Shown here in pieces: positions 37,383 through 47,367 of a stretch of 64,000 nucleotides of DNA. The notes below the pieces were generated by a model. That model did not search any database, had not been told where the DNA came from, and saw nothing but the letters and a program-made list of their open reading frames with translations. Each line of letters begins with the position of its first letter. Positions within the stretch are counted from its first letter, which is position 1. The position numbers were made by a program, and so were the translations under genes. The DNA comes from Dehalococcoidia bacterium (lineage in GTDB: Bacteria; Chloroflexota; Dehalococcoidia; Plut-88900): NCBI GenBank assembly GCA_965207225.1, contig CBDBLV010000005.1, positions 1,824,001 to 1,888,000 of the forward strand, in the 5' to 3' direction.

Positions 37383-38644
37383 TCTTTCGCCTCACTCAGT
37401 GTGTCCACGGCATGATACGCTCCGTCGGCGCCTATCACCGTGAGGAACACCTTGTCTGAGCCCTGGTTATCCCCGGGGCCGAACCGCAGCTCGAACCCTT
37501 CCAGGTCTATCCTTTCGGAACCAAGGATGCTGTTTACGAAACATTGCCTGTCCACGTCCCTGCCGCACATTTCTAGGCCAGCTATGGCCATGCGACCGGC
37601 GAGATATCCCTCAAGCGATACAAATCCCGGAGAGGTGCCGGGTTGATAGGCGTCGAGGGCGCTCTGATAGGAAGCGACGACGGGCAGGGAGGAGTCCCAG
37701 GGAAAGGGTACGACCTGGGTGACGATCACCCCGGCTCCATCGCTTCCGAGTTCCTGCTGAAGTGCGTTACTGCCGACAAAGGATACGTTCAGGTACATGG
37801 CGTCAAGGCCGAGGTGGCGACCCCAGAGAATCAACTGGGCACAGGGTTCATAGGCGCCGATCATAATTACGGCCTCGGGCTCGCCCTCCATCAGATCGAG
37901 CAGGGCCGTCTTTACGGCGGTAGTGTTGCGCTGGTAGAGGCCCACGGCCACGGGTTCCATCCCGTGGGGCTCCAAGGCGGCCAGGACTCCGCGATACCCG
38001 CTTCGGCCATAGGAGTCGTCCTGGTACATCACGCCGATCCTGGTGATACTCAGGTCTTCCATCAACCGGGCCACCATCTCCGCCGTTTCCTGCTGGTAGG
38101 ACGAGCGGAGGTTGATGATGTTCTGCCATCCGGGGTCCCGAAGGAAGCCTGCGCCCGTGAAAGGGCCTATGAAGGGTACGCTGGCCAGGGCGGCAATCGG
38201 GGTGGCGGAGCGGGAGGTCGGAGTGCCTACTTCACCGATGAGAGCGAAGACGTTGTCCTCTTCAATCAGCCTGGTAGTGTTGGCAATCGAGGCCTCGGGT
38301 TCGTAGGAATCGTTGTAGGAGACCAACTCGAGCCGGCGTCCGTGGACTCCGCCATTGGCGTTGGCCTCGGCGAAGGCGGCCTCGATACCGAGGCGCATGT
38401 TTATGCCCAGTTCCTGAGCGGGCCCTTCAAACGCTGCGGACTGGCCAAAGAGCACGCTGTCCTCCGAGACGCCGGTGATAACTGCTTCAACGGGTGGGAT
38501 GGTGGGAGTCGGGGAGCTGTCAACGCTGCCGTTGGGGCCGGCACCATTCTGCGAGTCTCCGCAGGCCGCGATCACGAGCAGCATCGCAGCGATCAAGAGA
38601 AGCACGGCCATGAAGCGACGGCGGGTGTCAGGCAGGGTGCTCAT
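37367..38644 (-). CDS. Substrate-binding lipoprotein, LivJ-like family
   Basis: Lipobox IAAC; GQSAAFEGPA, NANGGVHGRRLEL..NDSYEP, GEVGTP, YQDDSYG. Confidence 0.9.
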   Translation of the reverse strand: MSTLPDTRRRFMAVLLLIAAMLLVIAACGDSQNGAGPNGSVDSSPTPTIPPVEAVITGVSEDSVLFGQSAAFEGPAQELGINMRLGIEAAFAEANANGGVHGRRLELVSYNDSYEPEASIANTTRLIEEDNVFALIGEVGTPTSRSATPIAALASVPFIGPFTGAGFLRDPGWQNIINLRSSYQQETAEMVARLMEDLSITRIGVMYQDDSYGRSGYRGVLAALEPHGMEPVAVGLYQRNTTAVKTALLDLMEGEPEAVIMIGAYEPCAQLILWGRHLGLDAMYLNVSFVGSNALQQELGSDGAGVIVTQVVPFPWDSSLPVVASYQSALDAYQPGTSPGFVSLEGYLAGRMAIAGLEMCGRDVDRQCFVNSILGSERIDLEGFELRFGPGDNQGSDKVFLTVIGADGAYHAVDTLSEAKEWSSY

Positions 38645-38701
38645 GATTGCGCGCTTGCTTAGTCGAGACGTGTACGATTTCCGAGGGCTTTAGCATTGGG
38701 A

Positions 38702-39883
38702 TCAAACCTTGAAGCACCCCAGAGTCAAACAGGTTATATCATCGAACTGGGGGGCATCCTGGGCGAAGTCGACCACGGCTTTGACAACCTCCATCCCCAC
38801 CTCTTCCGCGTCGGCGGGCGGCGCCTCGGTAAAGATACTCCGCACCCTGTTGATGCCAAGCTGGATGCCATCCATGTTCATTGCCTCGGTGACGCCGTCG
38901 GTGTAAAGGACTATGGTGTCGCCGGGCGACAGTTGGACGGTTTCCTGTTGATAATCGAAGTCTGGGAGAATGCCGAGAGCGATACCGTTGGTCAGGGGCA
39001 GAAGGGTGGAGGTGCCGTCGCTGCGGACGAGGAGGGGGGCGTCGTGGCCGCCGCTGGAATAGGTAAAGGTCCTGGTTGTCGGGTTGTATATGGCGTAGAG
39101 CATCGTCACGAACATCTGGGCGCTGTTATCCTCGTGGAGGAGGTTGTTTACCTCGGAGAGCACGGCACCCGGCCCCTCGACCCCGATGGCGGCGCCCTTC
39201 AAGAGGGTTCGGCTGGACATCATAAACAGGGCAGCGGGAACTCCTTTTCCAGAGACGTCAGCTATGGCCAGCCCGACCTGTTCACCTTGCAGTCGCATCA
39301 CATCGAAAAAGTCTCCTCCCACTTCCCTGGCGGGCTGCATGGTACCGAACACCTTGTAGGTATCTGAAGATGGGAAGGAAGTGGGGAGAATTGACTGCTG
39401 CATGGTGCTGGCGACTTCGAGCTCATTCTGGATGGCAACCAGCTTGTCTCGGGCATTGAGGGCTTCTCGAAGCTCTTCGACATGCTGAAGGGTGCGGTCT
39501 ATGGTGAAGCGGAGGTCGTCGAAGTCCACAGGCTTGGTTACGAAGTCGAAGGCGCCGCGGTTCATGGCGGTGCGGATGTTCTTCATGTCCCCGTAAGCGG
39601 AGATAATGACTGACCTCAAGTTGGGGCTGACCTTGGGTATCTGATCCAGCAGCGTGAGCCCGTCCATCCGGGGCATATTGATATCGGACAGGACCATGTC
39701 GATGTCCGGGTCCGCTTCGAGCATTTGGAGGGCCTCGACGCCGTCCCGGGCGAAGGTCATCTTGTAGCGACCCGAGCGGATGTCCCGACGCATGCGCTGG
39801 AGCATGAGGGGTTCAAGGTCGGGCTCGTCGTCGACGACCAGGATGTTGTAAGTTTTCGGCTTATCGTCGGAAGTCATGGCCAA
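38702..39883 (-). CDS. Response regulator with PP2C/SpoIIE phosphatase output (RsbU-like)
   Basis: ILVVDDE, SDINMPRMDG, KP receiver; PAREVGGDFFD, IADVSGKG, LYTDGVTEA, DDIT. Confidence 0.95.
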   Translation of the reverse strand: MAMTSDDKPKTYNILVVDDEPDLEPLMLQRMRRDIRSGRYKMTFARDGVEALQMLEADPDIDMVLSDINMPRMDGLTLLDQIPKVSPNLRSVIISAYGDMKNIRTAMNRGAFDFVTKPVDFDDLRFTIDRTLQHVEELREALNARDKLVAIQNELEVASTMQQSILPTSFPSSDTYKVFGTMQPAREVGGDFFDVMRLQGEQVGLAIADVSGKGVPAALFMMSSRTLLKGAAIGVEGPGAVLSEVNNLLHEDNSAQMFVTMLYAIYNPTTRTFTYSSGGHDAPLLVRSDGTSTLLPLTNGIALGILPDFDYQQETVQLSPGDTIVLYTDGVTEAMNMDGIQLGINRVRSIFTEAPPADAEEVGMEVVKAVVDFAQDAPQFDDITCLTLGCFKV

Positions 39884-40202
39884 TGCAGGTCACGGGCGGG
39901 AGCGCGTGAGCCTTTCAACTACGTAATCTGCCCTTAGTTTCGGCGTCAGGCTTGACGTTTATCTCCCTTGCTTGGTCGGACGATCCCCGGCACTCGGACT
40001 CGGGCTGCATGGGTGAGGGCTGGGAAATTTGAGGGACGCCACACACTTTAGCCGTGACAGTCTACAACATAGCCTTGAAGTGCGACAATCTGTAGCCATG
40101 CCAAGTGCAGTGATAGCATGTTGCGCGCCCGCAATCGAGAGTCTAGAGTTTCAGGGTGACGTAAAATCCGCGGTTTGCGGCCTCCGGGAAGGGAGCAAAA
40201 GG

Positions 40203-41750
40203 ATGAGATACGATCAAATCATCGTAGGTGCGGGGTCCGCGGGCGCTGCCCTGGCAGCGCGGCTTACCGAAGATGCCGACCGCTCGGTGCTGCTGCTGGA
40301 GGCAGGCGGGGACTTCCCGGAGTTCGAACGGATACCGGAAGAGGTCAGGCTGGCTTACGGAAGCAAGATCCCGGTGTGGGACTCCGACCACATCTGGAAT
40401 TTCAGTGCACGGGCCACGGATTTGGCGCGGATAGACATACCTCGGGGGAAGATTACGGGCGGGTCCAGCGGGGTAAATGGGGCGCAGTTCCTGAGGGGCG
40501 TCCGGGAGGACTATGACCGGTGGGCGGAGTGGGGAAACGAGGAATGGTCTTTTGAAAACGTTCTGCCCTACTTCAAGCGGATGGAGGCGGACCAGGACTA
40601 CCGTGACGACTACCATGGGAACGACGGGGCCATCATGTGCCGTCGTTATCCTGAGGAGGAGTGGCCTCTTCACGCCCACGCCTTCTACGAGGCGTGTCGG
40701 GATGCGGGCTTTCCGGACTGCCCCGACCACAACCGCCCGGACTCGACGGGCGTAGGGCCCCTGACGTTTAACATCATAGACGGGGTCCGGATGAGCACGA
40801 ACATTGGGTATCTCAATCCTGCGCGACACCGGCTGAACCTGACCCTCCGGGCCAATTGCCACGTGCACGGGATAATCTTTGATGGGAACCGGGCTGTGGG
40901 AGTACTTGTCATAAGCGGACGGGAGATGTTTTCGGTGTACGGTGATGAGATCGTACTGTGTGCGGGGGCGGTGGGGACGCCTCATATCCTGCTGCTGTCG
41001 GGGGTAGGGCCGGGGGGGCAGCTGAGAGAACTCGGGATTCCGGTGGTGCAGGACCTGCCGGGGGTGGGGAGAAATCTCCGGGACCATCCGGATGTTCCCC
41101 TATGCTGGATTACGAAGGAAGATTATCTGCTGGACGTGAACCAGACAACGTCGGGGACGGTGACACTGAGGTACACGGCGGAGGGCTCGCCTTTCGTAAA
41201 CGATATGATCGTCTATATGGCGAACTACCTGGCTGCAAGGCCCTTCCGGGGCCTGGATGAAAAGGACCCCGTGGGCATTGGGGCGAGCCAGTGCCTGTAC
41301 CTGGCGCTAAGCGAGGGGGAGTTGAGGCTGCAGTCTACAGACCCGAGGCAGCAGCCAATACTTGACTATAACCTCCTGGATGACCCCTTCGACCGGAAGA
41401 GGATGCGCGACGGGCTCAGGCTGTGCGATGAACTGTTCCGCCACAAGGCCTTCGGCGACATAGTCGAGAGACGGGCGGGGCCTTCAGATGAGGTTATGGA
41501 GTCGGACGAACTGCTTGATGAGTGGATGAAGGCGGAGGTGGTAACGGCGCATCACATCTCGAGCACGTGCAAAATGGGCCCGTCCAGCGATCCGCTGGCG
41601 GTGTGCGACCAGTATGGTCGGGTGTACGGGCTGGATGGACTGCGTATTGTCGACGCGTCGATCATGCCGGATACGGTGCGGGCCAACCTGAATGTCACGG
41701 TGATGACGATGGGAGAGAAAGTTGCGGATTTCATAAAGCAGGGCAGCTAG
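40203..41750 (+). CDS. GMC-family FAD oxidoreductase
   Basis: IIVGAGSAG, RGKITGGSSGVNG, LLLSGVG, GRNLRDH, HHISSTCKMG, GLRIVDASIMP. Confidence 0.93.
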   Translation: MRYDQIIVGAGSAGAALAARLTEDADRSVLLLEAGGDFPEFERIPEEVRLAYGSKIPVWDSDHIWNFSARATDLARIDIPRGKITGGSSGVNGAQFLRGVREDYDRWAEWGNEEWSFENVLPYFKRMEADQDYRDDYHGNDGAIMCRRYPEEEWPLHAHAFYEACRDAGFPDCPDHNRPDSTGVGPLTFNIIDGVRMSTNIGYLNPARHRLNLTLRANCHVHGIIFDGNRAVGVLVISGREMFSVYGDEIVLCAGAVGTPHILLLSGVGPGGQLRELGIPVVQDLPGVGRNLRDHPDVPLCWITKEDYLLDVNQTTSGTVTLRYTAEGSPFVNDMIVYMANYLAARPFRGLDEKDPVGIGASQCLYLALSEGELRLQSTDPRQQPILDYNLLDDPFDRKRMRDGLRLCDELFRHKAFGDIVERRAGPSDEVMESDELLDEWMKAEVVTAHHISSTCKMGPSSDPLAVCDQYGRVYGLDGLRIVDASIMPDTVRANLNVTVMTMGEKVADFIKQGS

Positions 41751-41942
41751 AGAGTGATTCGCACCGGTTCGGAGGGACTGTTTACATAGAGGTAAACGAG
41801 GATGAACTGAAGGAATTTCAGAAATTTGTCGTTGACCGGGGTGGGGGGTGGGGCTATAATCGGGGCGCGGGTCCCGACCCAGGAGTTTGAGGGAGAGACC
41901 GTATCCGAGACCTTCGTGACCGCATACCGGCATTGCGATCAG

Positions 41943-43343
41943 ATGGTTGACAAGCCGAAAGAGGCGTGTGGACTCTTCGGGATTTACGCTCCCGGAGAAG
42001 ATGTAGCCAGACTTACGTTCTTCGGCTTGTTCGCTTTGCAGCACCGAGGCCAGGAGAGCGCGGGCATTGCCGCGTCCAACGGTCGGGGCATTTCGGTGCA
42101 CACTCACATGGGCCTGGTCGCCCAGGCTTTTGACGAGCAAGCCCTGAGCAGGCTGTCGGGGCACGCCGCCATCGGTCACACCAGGTATTCGACCATGGGG
42201 TCGAGCCATATCTCCAATGCGCAGCCCACGCTCGTGGATGGCCCCTATGGCCAGGTGGCTACGGGACACAACGGCAACGTGATCAATGCCGGGGAACTGC
42301 GGATTGAGCTGGAGGATAGAGGGATCAGGTTCGAGGGGAGCACGGACAGCGAGGTGATGGCGCACTGGCTGGGGCAGGCCCCGGGGGCCACGTGGGCGGA
42401 GCGGATCCGCTATTGCATGAACCGCTTCCAGGGCGCCTACAGCATGGTTATGCTGACCAAAGACCAGCTAATCGGCATCCGAGATCCGATGGGTGTCCGG
42501 CCCCTGTCGCTGGGGAAATTGAATGGCGGTTGGGTTATAGCCTCGGAGAGTGCGGCGCTGGACCATATCGGTTCAGACGTGATACGGGAAGTGGAGCCCG
42601 GCGAGATGGTAACCATCGATGCGTCGGGGGTGAAGTCCGAGCAACTGGTGGAACGGGAAAAGCACGCGCTGTGCATATTCGAGCACATCTACTTTGCCAG
42701 GCCCGACAGCATAGTCGGGGGTAAGCTGCTTTACTTGGCGAGACAGAGGATGGGGGCGCAGCTGGCAAGAGAGTGGCCGGTGGATGCGGACATGGTTATC
42801 GGGGTGCCGGACTCGGCGGTGGCGGCGGGGATAGGGTATGCAAAGGAGTCGGGGATTCCACTGGGCGAGGCAATCCTAAAGAACCGGTACGTGGGCAGGA
42901 CGTTCATCCAACCGGACCAGAGGATCCGGGAGCTAGGGGTACGGCTGAAATTCAACGCTATGAGAGAAGTGCTGGAAGGGAAGAGGGTGGTGGTAGTGGA
43001 CGACAGCATAGTACGGGGCACTACGACGCCCCACGTAGTCAATCTGCTGAGAAAGAACGGGGCGACCGAGGTGCACATGCGGATATGTGCACCGCCGATA
43101 CAACACCCCTGCTTCTTCGGTGTTGACCTAGCGACCAGGGCCGAATTGCTGGCTGCGAACAACAGTGTAGAGGAGATCAGGCAGCATATCGGGGCGGACA
43201 CGCTGGGTTACCTGAGCCTGCCGGGGCTGGTGGAGGCGGTGGGGATGCCGAGAAACGAGGTATGCACCGCCTGCTTCTCCGGAGACTACCCGATACCGGT
43301 ACAGCTTGAAATGGACAAGCTGGCCCTGGAGTCGCGCCAATAG
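41943..43343 (+). CDS. purF: Amidophosphoribosyltransferase
   Basis: EACGLFG, LQHRGQE, GHTRYST, CIFEHIYFARPDS, VVVDDSIVRGTT. Confidence 0.98.
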   Translation: MVDKPKEACGLFGIYAPGEDVARLTFFGLFALQHRGQESAGIAASNGRGISVHTHMGLVAQAFDEQALSRLSGHAAIGHTRYSTMGSSHISNAQPTLVDGPYGQVATGHNGNVINAGELRIELEDRGIRFEGSTDSEVMAHWLGQAPGATWAERIRYCMNRFQGAYSMVMLTKDQLIGIRDPMGVRPLSLGKLNGGWVIASESAALDHIGSDVIREVEPGEMVTIDASGVKSEQLVEREKHALCIFEHIYFARPDSIVGGKLLYLARQRMGAQLAREWPVDADMVIGVPDSAVAAGIGYAKESGIPLGEAILKNRYVGRTFIQPDQRIRELGVRLKFNAMREVLEGKRVVVVDDSIVRGTTTPHVVNLLRKNGATEVHMRICAPPIQHPCFFGVDLATRAELLAANNSVEEIRQHIGADTLGYLSLPGLVEAVGMPRNEVCTACFSGDYPIPVQLEMDKLALESRQ

Positions 43344-43419
43344 ACGGCATGATCTGCCTGGGCGGACATCAGCAAATGACTGCCCGTCCTCTTTTGAGAG
43401 AAGTTCCGGAGATTTCCAA

Positions 43420-44439
43420 TTGACCACTGACAGCAGCTACCGGGCCGCGGGCGTAGACCTGAACACGGCGGCACGGGCCACGGAGAGAATCTCCGAGCAC
43501 GCAAGGTCTACATTCAACTCTCGGGTGTTGGGCGACATCGGATTCTTTGGGGGGTTGTACCACCTGGAGAATTACCGTGATCCGGTGTTGGTGTCGAGTG
43601 CGGATGGCGTCGGGACCAAGGTGCGAATCGCTGCAATGCTGGATCGGTACAACACTGTCGGGGAAGACCTGGTAAACCATTGCATCAACGATATCCTGGT
43701 AGGCGGAGCCAAACCCCTCTTCTTCCTGGACTACATAGCGATGGGGAAACTGGACGAAGAGGCGGCGGAGGCGCTGGTATCGGGGTTGGCGAAGGCGTGC
43801 CGGGAGTCGGGGGTGGTGCTCATTGGAGGTGAGACGGCGGAGATGCCGGGCGTGTACGAGGGCAAGGAGTTCGACCTGGCGGGATTCATTGTTGGGATTG
43901 TGGAGAGGGATGAGATTATCGACGGGTCGACGGTAGGTGAGGGGGATGTGATTGTAGGGATTCCGTCGTCGGGACTGCACACGAATGGATATTCCCTAGT
44001 TCGGAAGGTTTTTGGACTGGACGAGGACCCGTCAGAACTGGAGAAGTTCTACCCGATGCTGGAACGCACGCTGGGCGAGGAGCTCCTGGAGCCTCACAGG
44101 TGCTATCTGGGTGAGGTGAAGGGCCAACTGGACAAAATCAAGGGGATGGCCCATATCACGGGGGGAGGGTTCAGGGAGAATGTGCCAAGGGCGCTTCCGG
44201 GAGGGTTGGGGGCGCGGATAGACGCATCGTCGTGGCCCGCGCCGCCGATTTACAGGCTTATCCAAGAGGTGGGAAGCGTTAACCATGACGAGATGTTCGA
44301 TGTGTTCAATATGGGGATTGGGATGGTGGTCATGGCATCGGGGGGGGACGCTTCTAGTTTGCTAAAGGGAATCGAGGGTTCGGTGGTGATTGGGGAGGTG
44401 GTGAAGGACGAGGGGCCCGAGAGGGTAACGATCAATTGA
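43420..44439 (+). CDS. purM: Phosphoribosylformylglycinamidine cyclo-ligase
   Basis: YRAAGVD, DGVGTK, PLFFLDY, GGETAEMPG, SSGLHTNGYSL, HITGGG, FNMGIG. Confidence 0.98.
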   Translation: MTTDSSYRAAGVDLNTAARATERISEHARSTFNSRVLGDIGFFGGLYHLENYRDPVLVSSADGVGTKVRIAAMLDRYNTVGEDLVNHCINDILVGGAKPLFFLDYIAMGKLDEEAAEALVSGLAKACRESGVVLIGGETAEMPGVYEGKEFDLAGFIVGIVERDEIIDGSTVGEGDVIVGIPSSGLHTNGYSLVRKVFGLDEDPSELEKFYPMLERTLGEELLEPHRCYLGEVKGQLDKIKGMAHITGGGFRENVPRALPGGLGARIDASSWPAPPIYRLIQEVGSVNHDEMFDVFNMGIGMVVMASGGDASSLLKGIEGSVVIGEVVKDEGPERVTIN

Positions 44440-44441
44440 GC

Positions 44442-45962
44442 ATGAGAGCGGTAATCAGCGTATCGGACAAGTCGGGGCTGGGGGAGTTTGCGCGGGCACT
44501 GGCTGGGCTTGGGGTTGAGATTTTCTCGACGGGGGGCACGCAGAAAGCCATAGCTGAGGCCGGTGTCCCGGTGCGGAGCATAGCGGAGATGACGGGCTTT
44601 CCTGAAATCCTGGATGGTCGGGTGAAGACCCTGCATCCAGCGGTGCACGGGGGAATCCTAGCGAGAAGGGATGTGCCAGACCACCTGGGACAGCTGGAGT
44701 CACACGGGATTGGGTTGATAGACGTAGTAGTGGTGAACCTGTACCCGTTTGTCGAGACTATCAGCAGGGAGGGTGTGGACCTGACGGAGGCACTTGAGAA
44801 TATCGACATAGGGGGGCCGACGCTGGTCCGGGCGTCGGCGAAGAATTTTCCGCACGTGCTGGTGATAGTCGACCCGGAAGACTATGAGGAGACGGCAAAA
44901 AGACTAGGAGACGGGATGCTGGATGAGGGCTTCAGGAAACAACTGGCCCGGAAGGCTTTCAGGCACGTGGCCCTGTACGATACCGCTATAGCCGACTACC
45001 TTTCGGAAGGGCCAGGGGACTTTCCCGAAGAGTTAACTATCGGCATGGTGAAGGCACAGGGCCTGCGTTACGGGGAAAACCCTCACCAAAAAGGCGCTTT
45101 CTATGCGGGTACTCTCGCTCGGGGGGCGGGCATTGCCGGGGCGAAGCAGCTTTGGGGCAAAGAGTTGTCCTTCAACAACATCGCTGATGCGGATGCGGCG
45201 TGGAGTGCGGCGTCGGACTTTGACGGTCCTGCGGTGTCGGTGATCAAGCACATGAACCCGTGCGGGTTGGCGAGCCACGAGGACTTGACGGAGGCCTACA
45301 GGCGGGCGCTGGCAGGGGACCCGGTGTCGGCGTTCGGGGGGATAGTGGCGTGCAACCAGAAGATTGATGGTGAGACAGCCGAGGAGATATCGAAGGTCTT
45401 TTACGAGATCGTAATTGCGCCGGAGTTTGAAGAGGACGCGCTGGACATATTGAAGAAGAGGAAGAACTTGCGGATCCTGGAGATGGGGTCGGCTGGAGGG
45501 GGAGTGGGCTTGGAGGTGAAGACGGTGGAAGGTGGATTTCTCGTGCAGACGCGGGATACGGGGGGAGATGATCCATCGGGCTGGAGATGCGTGACTAAGC
45601 GTCAGCCTACGGATGAAGAGATGAAGGACCTGGAGTTTGCGTGGAAGGTGGCCAAGCACGTGAAATCCAACGCGATAGTTCTGGCCAAGGATAGGTCGCT
45701 GGTAGGTATGGGTGCGGGTCAGCCCAACCGGGTGAACAGCGTACACCTGGCACTGAGGGCCGCCGCCGAGCGAGCTAAGGGGTCGGCGCTGGCGTCGGAT
45801 GCGTTTTTCCCGTTTGCGGACAACGTGGAATTGGCAGCGGGGGGTGGGGTGGGGGCCATAGTGCAGCCTGGGGGATCGGTAAGGGACGAGGAAGTAGTCC
45901 AAACAGCGGACACTCTAGGGATAGCAATGCTCTTCACCGGGGTACGGCATTTCAAGCACTAG
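44442..45962 (+). CDS. purH: Bifunctional AICAR formyltransferase / IMP cyclohydrolase
   Basis: ISVSDK, GRVKTLHP, IDIGGP, LRYGENPHQ, KHMNPCG, SDAFFPF, RHFKH. Confidence 0.98.
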   Translation: MRAVISVSDKSGLGEFARALAGLGVEIFSTGGTQKAIAEAGVPVRSIAEMTGFPEILDGRVKTLHPAVHGGILARRDVPDHLGQLESHGIGLIDVVVVNLYPFVETISREGVDLTEALENIDIGGPTLVRASAKNFPHVLVIVDPEDYEETAKRLGDGMLDEGFRKQLARKAFRHVALYDTAIADYLSEGPGDFPEELTIGMVKAQGLRYGENPHQKGAFYAGTLARGAGIAGAKQLWGKELSFNNIADADAAWSAASDFDGPAVSVIKHMNPCGLASHEDLTEAYRRALAGDPVSAFGGIVACNQKIDGETAEEISKVFYEIVIAPEFEEDALDILKKRKNLRILEMGSAGGGVGLEVKTVEGGFLVQTRDTGGDDPSGWRCVTKRQPTDEEMKDLEFAWKVAKHVKSNAIVLAKDRSLVGMGAGQPNRVNSVHLALRAAAERAKGSALASDAFFPFADNVELAAGGGVGAIVQPGGSVRDEEVVQTADTLGIAMLFTGVRHFKH

Positions 45963-46007
45963 GGCTTACAGCTGCCGAGTGCAACAGACTGAAAGAAGTA
46001 AAAGCGT

Positions 46008-46751
46008 TTGAGAAGCGTTGACATAATCATTCCTGTATATAACGAAGAGGCGACCCTGCCGAAGTGCGTGGCAACGCTATCCGAATTCGCCGAGAAAGAA
46101 CTCCCTTTCTGCGATTGGCGGATAGTAGTGGCCGACAACGGTTCTGTAGACTCAACGGGGGAGGTGGCGGAGCGCCTAGCGAGCGAGAACCAGAAGGTTG
46201 CGCTGGTGCACCTGACTGAGAAGGGTCGGGGGAGGGCGCTGTTCAAGGTGTGGATGGAAAGTGAGGCGGACGTAATCTGCTACATGGACGTCGACCTTTC
46301 GACTCGGCTTGATGCTTTGCCCGCACTGGTGGGATCGATTGAAGATGGTAACGACGTTGCGATCGGGACCCGGCTGGCGAGGGCCTCGAGGGTAGAGAAG
46401 CGGAGCGTGAAGCGGGAGTTTATTTCGCGGTGCTATAACCTGCTGATCAAGCTGATGTTTCAGACCAAGTTTTCGGATGCGCAATGCGGGTTTAAGGCGA
46501 TAAACCAGAAGGTCTCCAAAGAACTGGTGCCATTAATCCGGGACAAGGGTTGGTTCTTCGACACGGAACTCCTGATCCTTGCGGAGAAGAATGGTTACCA
46601 GATGAAGGAGATCCCCGTACACTGGGTGGACGATCCCGACACTCGGGTCAAAGTGGTCTCGACGGCCTGGAAGGACTTCAAGGGGCTGCTGAGGCTGCGA
46701 TTCGGGGGTGTGCCGAAGCCTCGATTCCGGGTGAGCGACACTGATTCTTGA
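46008..46751 (+). CDS. GT2 glycosyltransferase, polyprenyl-phosphate hexosyltransferase-like
   Basis: IIIPVYNEE, ADNGSVD, KGRG, YMDVDLS, DAQCGFK, WFFDTE. Confidence 0.92.
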   Translation: MRSVDIIIPVYNEEATLPKCVATLSEFAEKELPFCDWRIVVADNGSVDSTGEVAERLASENQKVALVHLTEKGRGRALFKVWMESEADVICYMDVDLSTRLDALPALVGSIEDGNDVAIGTRLARASRVEKRSVKREFISRCYNLLIKLMFQTKFSDAQCGFKAINQKVSKELVPLIRDKGWFFDTELLILAEKNGYQMKEIPVHWVDDPDTRVKVVSTAWKDFKGLLRLRFGGVPKPRFRVSDTDS

Positions 46752-46815
46752 ACAGGTTGGGGTGGGGGGTTAACATCTCTTGTAGGATGGCAACAGGCCG
46801 CTAAAGGAGGAGGAC

Positions 46816-47349
46816 ATGTCAAACGCAGTGCTGGTAGTGGACATGGTACGCGGTTTCTGCGAAGAGGGTGGGAATCTTTATACAGGGGAGACGGCGCGGA
46901 AGATTATCCCGGTCGTGAGAGAACTTATAGAGCGAGAGAGCAGGAATGGCAGCAAGATTATCTTCCTCTGTGACAATCACGCGCCCGACGACCTGGAATT
47001 CGAGATGTTCCCCGAGCACTGTGTCCGGGGCACGGCTGAGACGGAGATAATTCCCGAACTGGCGGGCCTAGAAGGGGACGTGATTCCGAAGCAGCGATAT
47101 AGCGGTTTCTTCAACACGGACCTGGACGAAAGGCTCCGGGAGCTAGAGCCTGAGAAGGTTATTGTCTGCGGGGTGTGTACCAACGTTTGCGTGATGCACA
47201 CGGTCGCAGATGCCCGAAACCGGGACTACCGGGTGGAGGTGCCGGCTGATGCTGTGGCGACCTATTCCGAAGAAGCGCACCGGTTTGCCCTGGACCACAT
47301 AGAGAAGGTACTCGGGGCGAGGGTGGTGCAACCTCAGGCCGTCGGCTGA
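46816..47349 (+). CDS. pncA: Nicotinamidase / isochorismatase-family cysteine hydrolase
   Basis: VVDMVRGF, DNH, FPEHC, KQRYSGF, GVCTNVCV; adjacent to the nicotinate PRTase. Confidence 0.85.
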   Translation: MSNAVLVVDMVRGFCEEGGNLYTGETARKIIPVVRELIERESRNGSKIIFLCDNHAPDDLEFEMFPEHCVRGTAETEIIPELAGLEGDVIPKQRYSGFFNTDLDERLRELEPEKVIVCGVCTNVCVMHTVADARNRDYRVEVPADAVATYSEEAHRFALDHIEKVLGARVVQPQAVG

Positions 47350-47367
47350 GCGGATCCAAACAAAGCA

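Noticed and set aside
40029-41750. GMC oxidoreductase as a specific betA or mftG orthologue
   Set aside because: Family motifs only; no betB or mycofactocin genes nearby.
41750-41943. Purine/ZTP riboswitch upstream of purF
   Set aside because: Only a TATAAT -10 is evident; no recognisable aptamer motifs or terminator.
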